DNA of 64,000 nt from an uncultured Candidatus Saccharibacteria bacterium (lineage in GTDB: Bacteria; Patescibacteriota; Minisyncoccia; Phycocordibacterales; UBA2100): NCBI GenBank assembly GCA_964434285.1, contig CAYSUJ010000001.1:104703-168702 (forward strand), read 5' to 3'. The notes below the pieces were generated by a model that saw only the letters and a program-made list of their open reading frames with translations, had not been told where the DNA came from and did not search any database. The translations under genes were made by a program, and so were the position numbers. Shown here in pieces: positions 55,093 through 64,000 of this stretch. How positions within the stretch are numbered: the stretch's first letter is position 1; each line of letters starts with the position of its first letter.

Positions 55093-56106
55093 TTACGCAA
55101 TGATTCCCCCGCCGACGAGCGTATCGCCATCATAGAGAACGAGTGACTGTCCACGTGGTGCGAGATGAGGTTCTTCAAATATGACATGGTTGCCTTCTAC
55201 GTGACACGGGACGGGCGTTTCTCGATAGCGTGCTTGTGCAGTAAGCGACTTTATGGATGTGTCGAGAATCCAATTCATATCGCGAAGGCTCACCTCGCGC
55301 ACGAATGCTGGCTCGATCGATGGAGCGACGGTAATGGTATTGTGCGCAGCATCGACGGCGATGACATACAATGGCGTGCGTTCGGCAGATGCGTTGGAGA
55401 CTCTGAATCCATGCCGTTTTCCGAGCGTGTAGAGGGCGGCGCCTTCGTGCTCTCCAATTTCGTCTCCCGACTGATTAAGTACGCGACCTTTCTCGAGCGG
55501 GAGGTATCGCGCAAGGAATTCATCCATCGAAACTTCACCAACAAAACAGAGTCCTTGGCTGTCGTGCTTCTGTGCGACAGGAAGCGAAAAGCGTTCTGCA
55601 AACGCACGCACTTCGGGCTTCGTGTATCCCCCGACAGGAAACAAGGTTTTCTTTAGGTCAATCTTTGTCAGCTGCCACAAAAAATAACTCTGGTCCTTGT
55701 TGGTATCCTTCCCGCGCATAAGGTGAACGCCATCAGTCTGGGCATAGTGACCCGTTGCGATCATGTTCGCCCCATTTGCGTGCGCCCACTCCTTGAACGC
55801 GCCAAACTTGATGTGGCGATTGCAGAGCACATCTGGGTTCGGCGTAACTCCACGTGCATAATTCTGGACAAGATCGTCGATCACCGCTTTTTTATACTCC
55901 TCAGATAGATCAATCTCTTTGAATGGAATTCGGAGGTGTGCGCACACACGCATCGCGTCCAACCGCTCTCGTTGCCATGGACACTCAATAAATTCCGGTC
56001 GCCAGATCTTGATGAATGCTCCAACGACACTGTGGCCGGCTTCTTTGAGCAACGCGGCTGAGACGGCAGAGTCGACGCCGCCGGAGAGACCTACATAAGT
56101 CGTCAT
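55093..56106 (-). CDS. mnmA: tRNA-specific 2-thiouridylase
   Basis: MTTYVGLSGGVDSAVSAALLKEAGHSVVGAFIKIW PP-loop. Confidence 0.92.
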   Translation of the reverse strand: MTTYVGLSGGVDSAVSAALLKEAGHSVVGAFIKIWRPEFIECPWQRERLDAMRVCAHLRIPFKEIDLSEEYKKAVIDDLVQNYARGVTPNPDVLCNRHIKFGAFKEWAHANGANMIATGHYAQTDGVHLMRGKDTNKDQSYFLWQLTKIDLKKTLFPVGGYTKPEVRAFAERFSLPVAQKHDSQGLCFVGEVSMDEFLARYLPLEKGRVLNQSGDEIGEHEGAALYTLGKRHGFRVSNASAERTPLYVIAVDAAHNTITVAPSIEPAFVREVSLRDMNWILDTSIKSLTAQARYRETPVPCHVEGNHVIFEEPHLAPRGQSLVLYDGDTLVGGGIIA

Positions 56107-56189
56107 ACGCGTTATAGTCGTTCTAATCGTTCAAACCGTCAAATCGGACACGTTGCGAATGTCTTCAGCATATACAACGATTAAGCGTT

Positions 56190-57227
56190 TTACGTCCCTA
56201 AGTACAATGCTTTCTTCCGCAGATGCTCTTCGTAGGTCTTTGAATAATGCGTCGTGTAATTCCTGTCTGCGAGGTAAAAAAGGTACCCCTCGTCGATCGG
56301 ATTTACAGCAGCCCTGAGGGCTTCGAGCGAGGGCGAGCCGATTGCTCCAGGTGGTAACCCCTTGTGCGCATACGTATTGTACGGGTCATCTTTGTTAACC
56401 AGATCAGCAGTCTTTAAATCAAACGTCGTCCGTCCAATGGAGTACAAAAAAGCTGCATCAACCTGAAGCGGCATGCCTTTATCGAGGCGACGCCATAACA
56501 CACCCGCAATGCGACGACGGTCTTCATAATCAAACGCCTCCTTTTCAAGGATTGACGCCATTATGACGATGTCAGTAAGTGATTGCTCAGACTTTTCTAT
56601 ATCGCCCGCGAGTGACGCGATAGTAGAATCAAAATTTTGCCGCAAGGCATCAAATACAACTGTTTCGTTGGCGTTTGGCAAGAAAAAATACGTGTCGGGG
56701 AAAAGGAAACCTTCGTGCGGTTGAGCAAGCGCTATGAATGCATCTGCGTCAAACCGCTCAAGTTGGACGTCGAAGATTTTTGCCATTTCTTTCGTCGTTG
56801 CACCTTCGGCGATTCTGATACGCACGGGCTCGAGACCAAACGCGCCTGTCGTGATTGCTCGCGCAACCGCGAAAAGATCTTTTGGTTCTTTGAAGATGTA
56901 GTCTCCGGCGCGCACGCCCCTGTCGGCCCCGAGAAGCGTTGTAGCAAGAGAAAAGGCGATACCATCACGCACCACGCCCTGCTCTTTTAAAAGCTCTCCT
57001 ATTTCGCGCGCAGAAGCGCCCTCAGGAACGGCGATCAACTTCCCTGTTGGAAAATAGTTCGGAGGCGCTATGTAAAACGTGTAGAGCGCAAGCGCTGATG
57101 CTCCGAGAAAACCAACGACAAACAACGACCGGCGGTTGGCGTGCTCACGCCAGTCGGTTGTCATGCGCTCCACAAAACGCACGCCGAACGCCTGTAATTT
57201 TTCGAGTGTCTTGAGAAGAGGTTGCAT
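56190..57227 (-). CDS. mltG: Endolytic murein transglycosylase MltG (YceG-like)
   Basis: N-terminal TM plus YceG domain (LQVDAAFLYSIGRTTFDLKTADLVNKDDPYNTYAHKGLPPGAIGSPS). Confidence 0.85.
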   Translation of the reverse strand: MQPLLKTLEKLQAFGVRFVERMTTDWREHANRRSLFVVGFLGASALALYTFYIAPPNYFPTGKLIAVPEGASAREIGELLKEQGVVRDGIAFSLATTLLGADRGVRAGDYIFKEPKDLFAVARAITTGAFGLEPVRIRIAEGATTKEMAKIFDVQLERFDADAFIALAQPHEGFLFPDTYFFLPNANETVVFDALRQNFDSTIASLAGDIEKSEQSLTDIVIMASILEKEAFDYEDRRRIAGVLWRRLDKGMPLQVDAAFLYSIGRTTFDLKTADLVNKDDPYNTYAHKGLPPGAIGSPSLEALRAAVNPIDEGYLFYLADRNYTTHYSKTYEEHLRKKALYLGT

Positions 57228-57230
57228 AGA

Positions 57231-58697
57231 TTAGAGCGGAAGGTTCGGCGGCGGTTCGGCTTTTGATGATGGAATGCGCTGGAGACCCGGTGTTTGCACG
57301 GTGCGCGATGGTGGGTGCCAAAGTGTTGCGAGTGTTTCCACACTCGTGGTGTTCCACCACGCCTTCCAGGGTGCGTGAAAAACTTGCCGACGACGATACG
57401 CATCGAGATACCTATGTGTCTCATGCTCTTCACGAGTGCCGCGGAAGTCTTGCCAGGGCCAGTCAAAATCGTTGTGCGCGTGTTTGGGGCGAATATACAC
57501 CTGCCAGATCGGGTTACCATACGGACGCCAGATCCAACGAATCGCACTGTATTCTCCACCACGTTTTTTACCACGCGGAGCCAAATAAATCATACGCATG
57601 CCGTAATCGAACGGCAACTTGCTCATGTGCCGCTCCATACCGCGAATAAGCTCGCTCTGTCGCCACGTCGGGCGTGGGAACCCAACCGCATCTTCATCCT
57701 CTTTATCACCCTCCAACTTCTCCAATTTAGTAGATGCACGCCTGATCTTTTCAACTTCCGCCGCTATCGTTTCTGCCCATTTATCTTTGCTGAAATGCCC
57801 CCGTATCACAATCTGAATCCATGCCTGCTCGTCTGGGTTAAGAGCGCTGAGCACTTCTAAAACTGACGAGAGCGGCTCAACCTTTAACTCCTCTTTCGGA
57901 TCCTTGTCTAATTCAAAATCGACATAGGTTTTTATTGGGTAGGCATTGATGCTATCGCTATGGTAGCTGACCTTATAGCCTTCAGGGGCGTAATCGCCGA
58001 CAAATGCCTCGTGTTCGTGATGATCGTAATGAAAACGTATCGAGTAATCTTCCACTTCTACAATCTCCACCTCTGGATACTGCGCATACATGTTGCTCTC
58101 GATCACGTTTTTCAGAATGTCTCTACTCGACCAAATATAAAAATGTATCTGGCCGCCAAACGATGCTATTTCAAAAGAAAAATAGGGCAAGACACCGCCG
58201 CCCCAATACTGATCAATGGGCGTCGTTGTACTCATGCGGATCCACAGATTCGTAAACACAAGCTCCATCGCGCGGGGTGATTTCGTGATCTCTTGCGGCA
58301 TTTTCACTTCGAGCAATACAGGACGCGTGCGAGTGAAGATGAAGTTGGATTGCACATACCATATCCACGACATCCAAAAGCCGTATGCGAGTCCGACTGG
58401 TCCCGCAATCGGGAAGACCATGACAAGCCAACCAAACAGCAATTGTGGGAATTCGGGGAGGAGCGCCGTCGCCGCAAGAGGAAGAGGAAGAAAAAGTGCG
58501 CAGAGAAAAGTTCCTCGCGAAATACCATGACTACCTGCCCATTCAACCCATTCGTGTAGGGAGAGCCATTTCTGAATAAATCCGTGTTCGCCGTGTCCAT
58601 GACCACCATGCCCACCAGAGATAAAGTCGTCTATAGCATGCGCTGTTTTATCGAACAGCGAATCAAGCAGCGATCCCTTTGGCGCTTCTTCACTCAT
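57231..58697 (-). CDS. Hypothetical membrane protein (488 aa) with His-rich N-terminus (GGHGGHGHGEHG) and Trp-rich C-terminal domain
   Basis: 2-3 predicted TM helices (residues ~60-110). No recognised domain. Confidence 0.45.
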   Translation of the reverse strand: MSEEAPKGSLLDSLFDKTAHAIDDFISGGHGGHGHGEHGFIQKWLSLHEWVEWAGSHGISRGTFLCALFLPLPLAATALLPEFPQLLFGWLVMVFPIAGPVGLAYGFWMSWIWYVQSNFIFTRTRPVLLEVKMPQEITKSPRAMELVFTNLWIRMSTTTPIDQYWGGGVLPYFSFEIASFGGQIHFYIWSSRDILKNVIESNMYAQYPEVEIVEVEDYSIRFHYDHHEHEAFVGDYAPEGYKVSYHSDSINAYPIKTYVDFELDKDPKEELKVEPLSSVLEVLSALNPDEQAWIQIVIRGHFSKDKWAETIAAEVEKIRRASTKLEKLEGDKEDEDAVGFPRPTWRQSELIRGMERHMSKLPFDYGMRMIYLAPRGKKRGGEYSAIRWIWRPYGNPIWQVYIRPKHAHNDFDWPWQDFRGTREEHETHRYLDAYRRRQVFHAPWKAWWNTTSVETLATLWHPPSRTVQTPGLQRIPSSKAEPPPNLPL

Positions 58698-58726
58698 TCA
58701 TGCCATTGTAACACTACAAAAACAAG

Positions 58727-58751
58727 AGAGGCCGCCCTTTGGGCGGCCTCT
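58727..58751 (-). terminator. Hairpin terminator downstream of the sigma-70 region-4 domain gene
   Basis: AGAGGCCGCCC-ttt-GGGCGGCCTCT. U-rich tract on the minus strand (CUUGUUUUUGU). Confidence 0.5.
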
Positions 58752-58771
58752 GCTTTAAGATGTATTATCAC

Positions 58772-59812
58772 TTACCGAGCAAGCGTGTAGCGACCATCCT
58801 GTGTGCGCTTGAAATCACTATGCTGGAGATTCACGACAATCGTTGCATCTTTCACGTAGCGCTCGCGCTTTACACGGTCAATGATTTCCTCACGAGAGAG
58901 TGCGCCGTCGCGAGAAAGCACTCCCTTAATGACCTCACGCACGACGCCAGGCGCATATCCCCATTCCTGCAAGGCGTAGAGGCCGCGACCAACGAGAATA
59001 AAGCGACCATCCTTAATGAGTTCGTTGTGCGTTGTAGCGGGGTGCGCACTTTTCTTGAAGAGATCACGAATTCCCTTTGCCACCTCCGTGAAGTGCATCG
59101 GTGAGCCATGACGCTTGAGGGTCAGATACGCGAAATCACGTGTATTCTTGATGCGCACATGTGGCGATTCCAGGCGCCCCCATTCGCCAAGCGGGTTTCT
59201 TCCGAGGCGCTTAGAAATTTGAAGGTAGCGGAGCATGGTCTCTGCCTCGCGAATCTTCACACCCGCTTCTTTCAAATGCTTAGCGAAGAGGTCGAGAAAT
59301 TCATCCTCCGGAAGAAGTGCTGATGCGTCCACCGCGTCGTAGAGTTCCTGCAGTGCCGTTTCCACAGATTCGGCCAGTGCCTGATCGACAAACCAGCGAC
59401 GACGGAAATCCGGCGTTTCGCGCTTGTCGGTAAAATGATGCCCGACGGTGAGAAGGAACAGTACATGATTGCGCTCCGTGTCGCTTTTCGGAAGCTCCGA
59501 GAGAATGGTGTGTTCGGCAAGAATACCGCCGAGAGCGGCAATCGTCTGCTTTATTTCCTCAAGAGTGCGTGCATGCTCAGTGTAGGCATCAGAATCACGG
59601 ACGGCTGAAAGACCGCTCCCCTCGATCTGACGGATGCGCTCGCGGGTGATGCCGTATTCTTTGCCGATGGATTCGAGGGTTTTTCCCTCGCCACCTTGCA
59701 AGCCGAAGCGATCAACCAGAACCTTCCGGACGCGGTCGGGGAGGCCTCCGATAAGTTCCTTAGTGACGGATTTTGGTTGAAGCGATTGCATGGTCAAAAT
59801 TGACTTGGACAC
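58772..59812 (-). CDS. Sigma-70 region 4-like HTH domain protein fused to a ~270-aa uncharacterised C-terminal domain
   Basis: GKTLESIGKEYGITRERIRQIEGSGLSAVR closely matches RpoD region 4.2. No sigma regions 1-3. Confidence 0.5.
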   Translation of the reverse strand: MSKSILTMQSLQPKSVTKELIGGLPDRVRKVLVDRFGLQGGEGKTLESIGKEYGITRERIRQIEGSGLSAVRDSDAYTEHARTLEEIKQTIAALGGILAEHTILSELPKSDTERNHVLFLLTVGHHFTDKRETPDFRRRWFVDQALAESVETALQELYDAVDASALLPEDEFLDLFAKHLKEAGVKIREAETMLRYLQISKRLGRNPLGEWGRLESPHVRIKNTRDFAYLTLKRHGSPMHFTEVAKGIRDLFKKSAHPATTHNELIKDGRFILVGRGLYALQEWGYAPGVVREVIKGVLSRDGALSREEIIDRVKRERYVKDATIVVNLQHSDFKRTQDGRYTLAR

Positions 59813-59952
59813 CTTTGTATGATGTACCTTATATCAAGCGTATGCAGACCTGTCAACTGGTTCCCTTATCCCCATTCATATCACAGGCAACCCCCAAAAG
59901 CGAGGCTACGACGGTATGCGCGCCTCCCCGGCACTAATGCTAGAATCCTTCG

Positions 59953-61338
59953 ATGACTCAGGTTCGCATCCCTCCGCAAGACATTGAAACCGAGCGCGCG
60001 CTCCTTGGCTCGCTCCTCATCAATCAAAGCGCCATCTACGAAGTAGCAGACGTCGTGCATATCGATTCATTTTATGCGGGCAAACATCGCACCGTGTATG
60101 ACGCGATGGTGAGTCTCTATGGCAAAGGTGATCCTATCGACGTCGTCACGGTCGCAAGCAAGCTCGACGAGCGTAAGCAGCTGCAAGAAATCGGAGGACG
60201 TGCATACCTTTCGGAACTCGCGGGGGCGGCAGCTTCCCCCGGCTCGGCGCGTCACTACGCCGAAGTCGTGCAATCTAAATTTGTGCTCCGCTCTCTTCTC
60301 GACGCCGCCGCAAAAATCGGCGAGCTGGGCTTCCAGGAAGACCGCGAGGTAGAGCATGTCCTCGATGAGGCGCAGCAGGCCATTTTTGCCGTCACGAACG
60401 CCCCGATGCTCCAAAAATTCACCGCGATCAAAGAGGAGCTCTCCGAGGCATGGGAACGGCTTGAAAGCCTCCAGAAGCACACGGGTGCAATGCGCGGAGT
60501 CCCCACAGGCTTCCCCGCGCTCGATACTATGCTTTCTGGTTTCCAAAAATCAGACCTGATTATTCTTGCGGCACGACCATCTATTGGAAAGACAACGCTC
60601 GCACTCGATATTGCGCGCCAAAGCGCAACCAAATACAAAACACCTGTAGGTTTTTTCTCTCTTGAAATGAGTTCACAACAACTGGTAGACCGTATGCTTG
60701 CGGCACAGGCAGGGGTTAATTCGTGGCGACTGCGCACGGGAAAGATTTCCAAGGACGACGAGTTCGAACGTTTGCAAGATGGCATGGCGGAATTGAGTGA
60801 AGCGCCGATTTTTATTGACGATAAATCCTCGAGCACAGTACTCGCGATGCGTTCCGTCGCACGTCGCATGAAGATGGAAAAAGGACTCGGGCTCATCGTT
60901 ATTGACTACCTCCAGCTCATTATTCCCTCAACACAGGGAGCGAACGTATCCACTGTTCAGCAGGTAACCGAAATCTCTCGCGCACTCAAGGGTATGGCGC
61001 GCGAACTCGACGTGCCGGTCTTGGCGCTCTCCCAGCTCTCGCGTGCAGTTGAACAACGCGGCGGCCGCCCTCGCCTTTCTGATCTTCGCGATTCCGGGTC
61101 GATTGAACAAGATGCCGACGTAGTTATGTTTATCCACCGCGAGGACATGTCGGGAAGCCGTACGGAGGGAGAGCGCACCAATGTGGCAGAAATTCTCATT
61201 GAGAAACACCGTAATGGTCCTGTAGGGAAGGTAGATCTTCTTTTTGATGACCAAACTACCACCTTCAAAAGCGTAGAAAAAGCTGATTTCGGCGATTTCA
61301 CGCCAGAAGCAACCGTGGGTGACGAACAGCCGTTCTAG
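59953..61338 (+). CDS. dnaB: Replicative DNA helicase DnaB
   Basis: N-terminal ERALLGSLLIN. Walker A ILAARPSIGKTTLALD. RecA-like core. Confidence 0.93.
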   Translation: MTQVRIPPQDIETERALLGSLLINQSAIYEVADVVHIDSFYAGKHRTVYDAMVSLYGKGDPIDVVTVASKLDERKQLQEIGGRAYLSELAGAAASPGSARHYAEVVQSKFVLRSLLDAAAKIGELGFQEDREVEHVLDEAQQAIFAVTNAPMLQKFTAIKEELSEAWERLESLQKHTGAMRGVPTGFPALDTMLSGFQKSDLIILAARPSIGKTTLALDIARQSATKYKTPVGFFSLEMSSQQLVDRMLAAQAGVNSWRLRTGKISKDDEFERLQDGMAELSEAPIFIDDKSSSTVLAMRSVARRMKMEKGLGLIVIDYLQLIIPSTQGANVSTVQQVTEISRALKGMARELDVPVLALSQLSRAVEQRGGRPRLSDLRDSGSIEQDADVVMFIHREDMSGSRTEGERTNVAEILIEKHRNGPVGKVDLLFDDQTTTFKSVEKADFGDFTPEATVGDEQPF

Positions 61339-61350
61339 TATACTGAGCCC

Positions 61351-61953
61351 GTGGATCCTATTGAGAAGTTAACGGCTATTTTCCAGAAATTCCCCGGTAT
61401 CGGGCCGCGGCAAGCGGGACGCTTTGTGCACTTTCTTCTCCGTTCCTCACCCGCGCTTCGCCGCGAGCTTTCCAGCCTCATTTCTGAGCTCGGAAGCGAC
61501 GTTCATCAGTGCCCGCTTTGCCTTCGGTATCACACCGGGAAGAAAGGCACCTGCACCATATGCGGAGACTCTGGGCGTGACGCTTCACTCCTCGCCATCG
61601 TCGCGTCAGACGCCGACCTTGCGGCCCTCGAGCGTTCACACACCTATCACGGCCACTATTTTGTCCTCGGCGGACTTCTCTTACTCTCATCGGAACGGGT
61701 AAATGGGCTACACGTGAAAGAATTGCTCACCTCGCTGCCGAAACGCATCGAGAACGGACTCAAAGAAGTCATCCTCGCCTTTCCCGCAAACCCCGAGGGC
61801 GACGCAACGGCAATCCGCGTTCGCGAAGAATTGGCAGGTCTCGGAAATCCCTCACTCCGCATTTCCATGCTTGGCCGCGGCCTTTCAACGGGAAGCGAAC
61901 TGGAGTATGCAGACCCCGAGACAATCAAAAACGCCCTCGAGGGGCGTCATTGA
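61351..61953 (+). CDS. recR: Recombination protein RecR
   Basis: HhH N-terminus, C4 zinc finger (CPLCLRYHTGKKGTCTIC), Toprim domain. Confidence 0.9.
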   Translation: MDPIEKLTAIFQKFPGIGPRQAGRFVHFLLRSSPALRRELSSLISELGSDVHQCPLCLRYHTGKKGTCTICGDSGRDASLLAIVASDADLAALERSHTYHGHYFVLGGLLLLSSERVNGLHVKELLTSLPKRIENGLKEVILAFPANPEGDATAIRVREELAGLGNPSLRISMLGRGLSTGSELEYADPETIKNALEGRH

Positions 61954-61956
61954 TAT

Positions 61957-62265
61957 TTAGAGCGAGGTGATCTTCACTTTCGTGAAGGGCTGTCGGTGAC
62001 CCTTCTTTTTGTAGTAACGGGACTTCTGGCGGTACTTCATGACCACTTTCTTGTCTGCAAGGCCTTCACCAATGACCTCTCCGGTGACTTTTGCTCCTGA
62101 CACATGTGGCGAACCGACCTTTGTTGCTTTTCCGTCATCGGTAAGAAGGACAGTATCAAAAACCACCTTTTCACCCTTGCCGGCTGCGAGCTTCTCAACA
62201 GTGACAACATCCCCCTCCTTTACGAGGTACTGCTTGCCGCCGGTTGCGATAATTGCGAGATTCAT
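61957..62265 (-). CDS. rplU: 50S ribosomal protein L21
   Basis: MNLAIIATGGKQYLVKEGDVVTVEKL. Confidence 0.9.
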   Translation of the reverse strand: MNLAIIATGGKQYLVKEGDVVTVEKLAAGKGEKVVFDTVLLTDDGKATKVGSPHVSGAKVTGEVIGEGLADKKVVMKYRQKSRYYKKKGHRQPFTKVKITSL

Positions 62266-62284
62266 GCGCGAGACTATACACGGA

Positions 62285-63325
62285 TTACTCCTCTTCGGCA
62301 AGTGCGGGCTTCTCTAGAGAGAGCGGCTCAACGCCCGCCTTCGTGCCCGCTATCCGATAGACATCCTTGTCCACCTTGGCCAACTCTTTGTAGCCATTAT
62401 TGTAGTGCGAGATAGTTGTCCCGAGCGAAGCGCCAATTTTCCCATAGAATTCATGTGTTTTTGTGATGTGTTTGACCAACTCCCCGACCCGCTTCTGAAT
62501 CTCCTCGGCGCGCTTCTCAATTTCGAGCGCCTTCAGACCCTGGAGAACGGTCTGGAGGTAGGCCAAGAACGACGTTGGCGATACGATGATGACTTTATAC
62601 TTTGACGCTGCGCGTTGAATGAGATTCTCATCATCTCCGCCGCCAACCTGATTTGTGAGCAAGTCATAGTAGATTCCCTCGCTCGGAATAAACATGAAAG
62701 CAAAATCCATCGTACCCTCTTCTGGGCGAATATATTTTGCTGTTTCCTGGATACGCAATTTGAGATCGTTCACAAAGGTCTTTTCAAGCGCCGTGCGCTC
62801 CGACGAGCCCTGTGGCGCGCTCACAAAACGGTTGTAGTTCTCAAGAGAAAATTTGGAATCCACGGGGACGAGCCGCTCATTCACAAACACAGCAGCGTCC
62901 ACAATTTCTCCATTCTTAAAGGGATACTGGATCTTGTACATCCCGGGCGGGAGTACATTTTTTAGCACCGTTTCCAAGTAATATTCTCCCAAGACACCAC
63001 GCTGTTTCGGGTTCTTAAGGATGTCTTGTAAGGACTGCAACTGCTCGGCAAACGTTTGCGTCTGCCGCCCAATCTCCTTCACCGAGGTGATCTCCTGCGT
63101 GATTTCCTTTATGAGTTTTGAGGATTCTCCGAGCTGTGCCCGCACCGTCTCGTGCATTTCTTTCGTTGACGCATGCATGCGCGTATCAAGCGAGCGTTCC
63201 AGTTTTTCCATTTGGTTTTGCAGGAGCATCAAGCCTTGCGTGTCATCCTTTGATTGCGAACGGAAAAAAAGTGCGGCCAAAAGCGCAAGAATGACGACAA
63301 GTAATGCTACGACAACCCACTCCAT
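62285..63325 (-). CDS. rmuC: DNA recombination protein RmuC
   Basis: N-terminal TM, long coiled coil, RmuC domain (ERLVPVDSKFSLENYNRF). Confidence 0.8.
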   Translation of the reverse strand: MEWVVVALLVVILALLAALFFRSQSKDDTQGLMLLQNQMEKLERSLDTRMHASTKEMHETVRAQLGESSKLIKEITQEITSVKEIGRQTQTFAEQLQSLQDILKNPKQRGVLGEYYLETVLKNVLPPGMYKIQYPFKNGEIVDAAVFVNERLVPVDSKFSLENYNRFVSAPQGSSERTALEKTFVNDLKLRIQETAKYIRPEEGTMDFAFMFIPSEGIYYDLLTNQVGGGDDENLIQRAASKYKVIIVSPTSFLAYLQTVLQGLKALEIEKRAEEIQKRVGELVKHITKTHEFYGKIGASLGTTISHYNNGYKELAKVDKDVYRIAGTKAGVEPLSLEKPALAEEE

Positions 63326-63353
63326 CTTTACATTGTATCGCGTGTATACAGCA

Positions 63354-63382
63354 TTGACACATGTCAACCGCGCAGGTAGCAT
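63354..63382 (+). promoter_or_regulatory. Sigma-70-like promoter TTGACA-N17-TAGCAT; the -35 is part of the near-palindrome TTGACAcaTGTCAA
   Basis: Direct sequence match to -35/-10 consensus with 17-nt spacer. Faces the + strand, in the divergent region after the rmuC start. Confidence 0.3.
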
Positions 63383-63444
63383 TTGCGCAGGTTCGTTTCC
63401 GGCGCCTCCCCCGTCGCCGGTGGCTCGGGAATACTCCCCAGCCT

Positions 63445-63490
63445 AAGAGGTCGTGCGCACCGCCCCCCCCAGCGCACGACCTCTTTTATT
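63445..63490 (+). terminator. Strong hairpin (AAGAGGTCGTGCGC-13 nt C-rich loop-GCGCACGACCTCTT) plus TTTTATTT, 29 nt upstream of the yqeY start
   Basis: 14-bp perfect stem then T-run on the + strand. No upstream + strand CDS, so it is an orphan sRNA terminator or a leader attenuator. Confidence 0.5.
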
Positions 63491-63518
63491 TGCGCACAAT
63501 TCAGTTACACTTCTCGAT

Positions 63519-63968
63519 ATGCTACTCGAAACCATAAAAAGCAACATGAAAGAGGCTATGCGTGCGAAGGACGATGTGCGCCTGCAAACACTGCGCGGCG
63601 CGCTCGCTGCATTCACGAATGAACTTGTCGCAAAAGGTAAAAAGCCGACCGATGAACTCACCGAGACTGATATACAAACCGTGCTAAAGCGTCTGGCCAA
63701 GCAACGCAAAGATTCTATCGAACAATTCACCAAAGGCGGACGCACGGAGCTCGCTGATAAGGAAGCGAAAGAGCTTGTCATTCTCGAAGCATACTTACCT
63801 CAAATGGCTAGTCGCGAGGAAATACTCAAAATTGCTGAGGCAAAGAAACTAGAAACAGGCGCTGACGCAGCCGGCAAAGGTAAACTTATGGGCATGGTAA
63901 TGAAAGAGCTTGGAGGAAATGCCGACGGCAGTCTCGTTAAAGAAGTCGTGGAATCGCTTTTTGCGTAA
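63519..63968 (+). CDS. yqeY: GatB/YqeY domain protein
   Basis: MLLETIKSNMKEAMRAKDDVRLQTLRGALAAFTNELVAKGK matches the YqeY family. Confidence 0.85.
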   Translation: MLLETIKSNMKEAMRAKDDVRLQTLRGALAAFTNELVAKGKKPTDELTETDIQTVLKRLAKQRKDSIEQFTKGGRTELADKEAKELVILEAYLPQMASREEILKIAEAKKLETGADAAGKGKLMGMVMKELGGNADGSLVKEVVESLFA

Positions 63969-64000
63969 TCGTTTTCTAATCAATAGCTTGTGAACACTGG

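Noticed and set aside
60255-60896. 213-aa minus-strand ORF inside dnaB
   Set aside because: Antisense to a highly conserved helicase gene. Ser/Ala/Arg-rich translation typical of GC-rich antisense frames.
1-64000. CRISPR arrays, rRNA or tRNA genes, integrase/phage blocks
   Set aside because: No direct-repeat/spacer periodicity, no rRNA-like conserved stretches, and no tRNA cloverleaf candidates in any intergenic gap. The only mobile element is the RAYT/REP unit.

Overview
Compact, gene-dense bacterial window, almost entirely housekeeping genes with frequent 1-11 nt gene overlaps. Inference from sequence only: a Patescibacteria/CPR-like genome (short AlaRS, archaeal-type AspRS, many small membrane/secreted unknowns). 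Recognised genes include an RND efflux pair at the left edge, a chaperone locus (grpE, dnaK, dnaJ) and a ribosomal/rpoA block (rplM rpsI, rplQ, rpoA, rpsD, rpsK, rpsM, rpmJ, infA). Also present are a division/cell-wall block (scpA, scpB, a D-Ala-D-Ala carboxypeptidase, mraY, ftsW, murG), aminoacyl-tRNA synthetases (leuS, cysS, gltX, aspS, trpS, alaS) and dnaB, recR, rmuC, mnmA, mltG, ychF, hsp20 and ctpA. No rRNA, tRNA or CRISPR array was found. Signals beyond routine annotation: (1) a REP-associated tyrosine transposase (RAYT, IS200-like HUH enzyme) flanked by two inverted copies of a perfect 23-nt palindrome, inserted between grpE and dnaK; (2) a 16-bp perfect inverted repeat that brackets the whole mraY-ftsW intergenic region and would sequester the ftsW RBS and start codon; (3) a same-strand cluster encoding an ATP-cone + Mrr-like restriction-endonuclease-fold protein, MgtC, a standalone Cas4-like 4-Cys PD-(D/E)xK nuclease and a minimal MGMT-like alkyltransferase; (4) an orphan 7TM sensor histidine kinase translationally coupled to an anchored Cys-rich protein and two unknowns; (5) a membrane-anchored S1C protease lacking PDZ, co-transcribed with an ECF sigma factor, followed by a candidate SRP RNA; (6) several structured non-coding regions: a hairpin cluster with a DnaA box, a heptad-repeat operator-like element, and a candidate ~100-nt sRNA with its own promoter and terminator; (7) a secreted Tyr-rich/RD-rich low-complexity protein.
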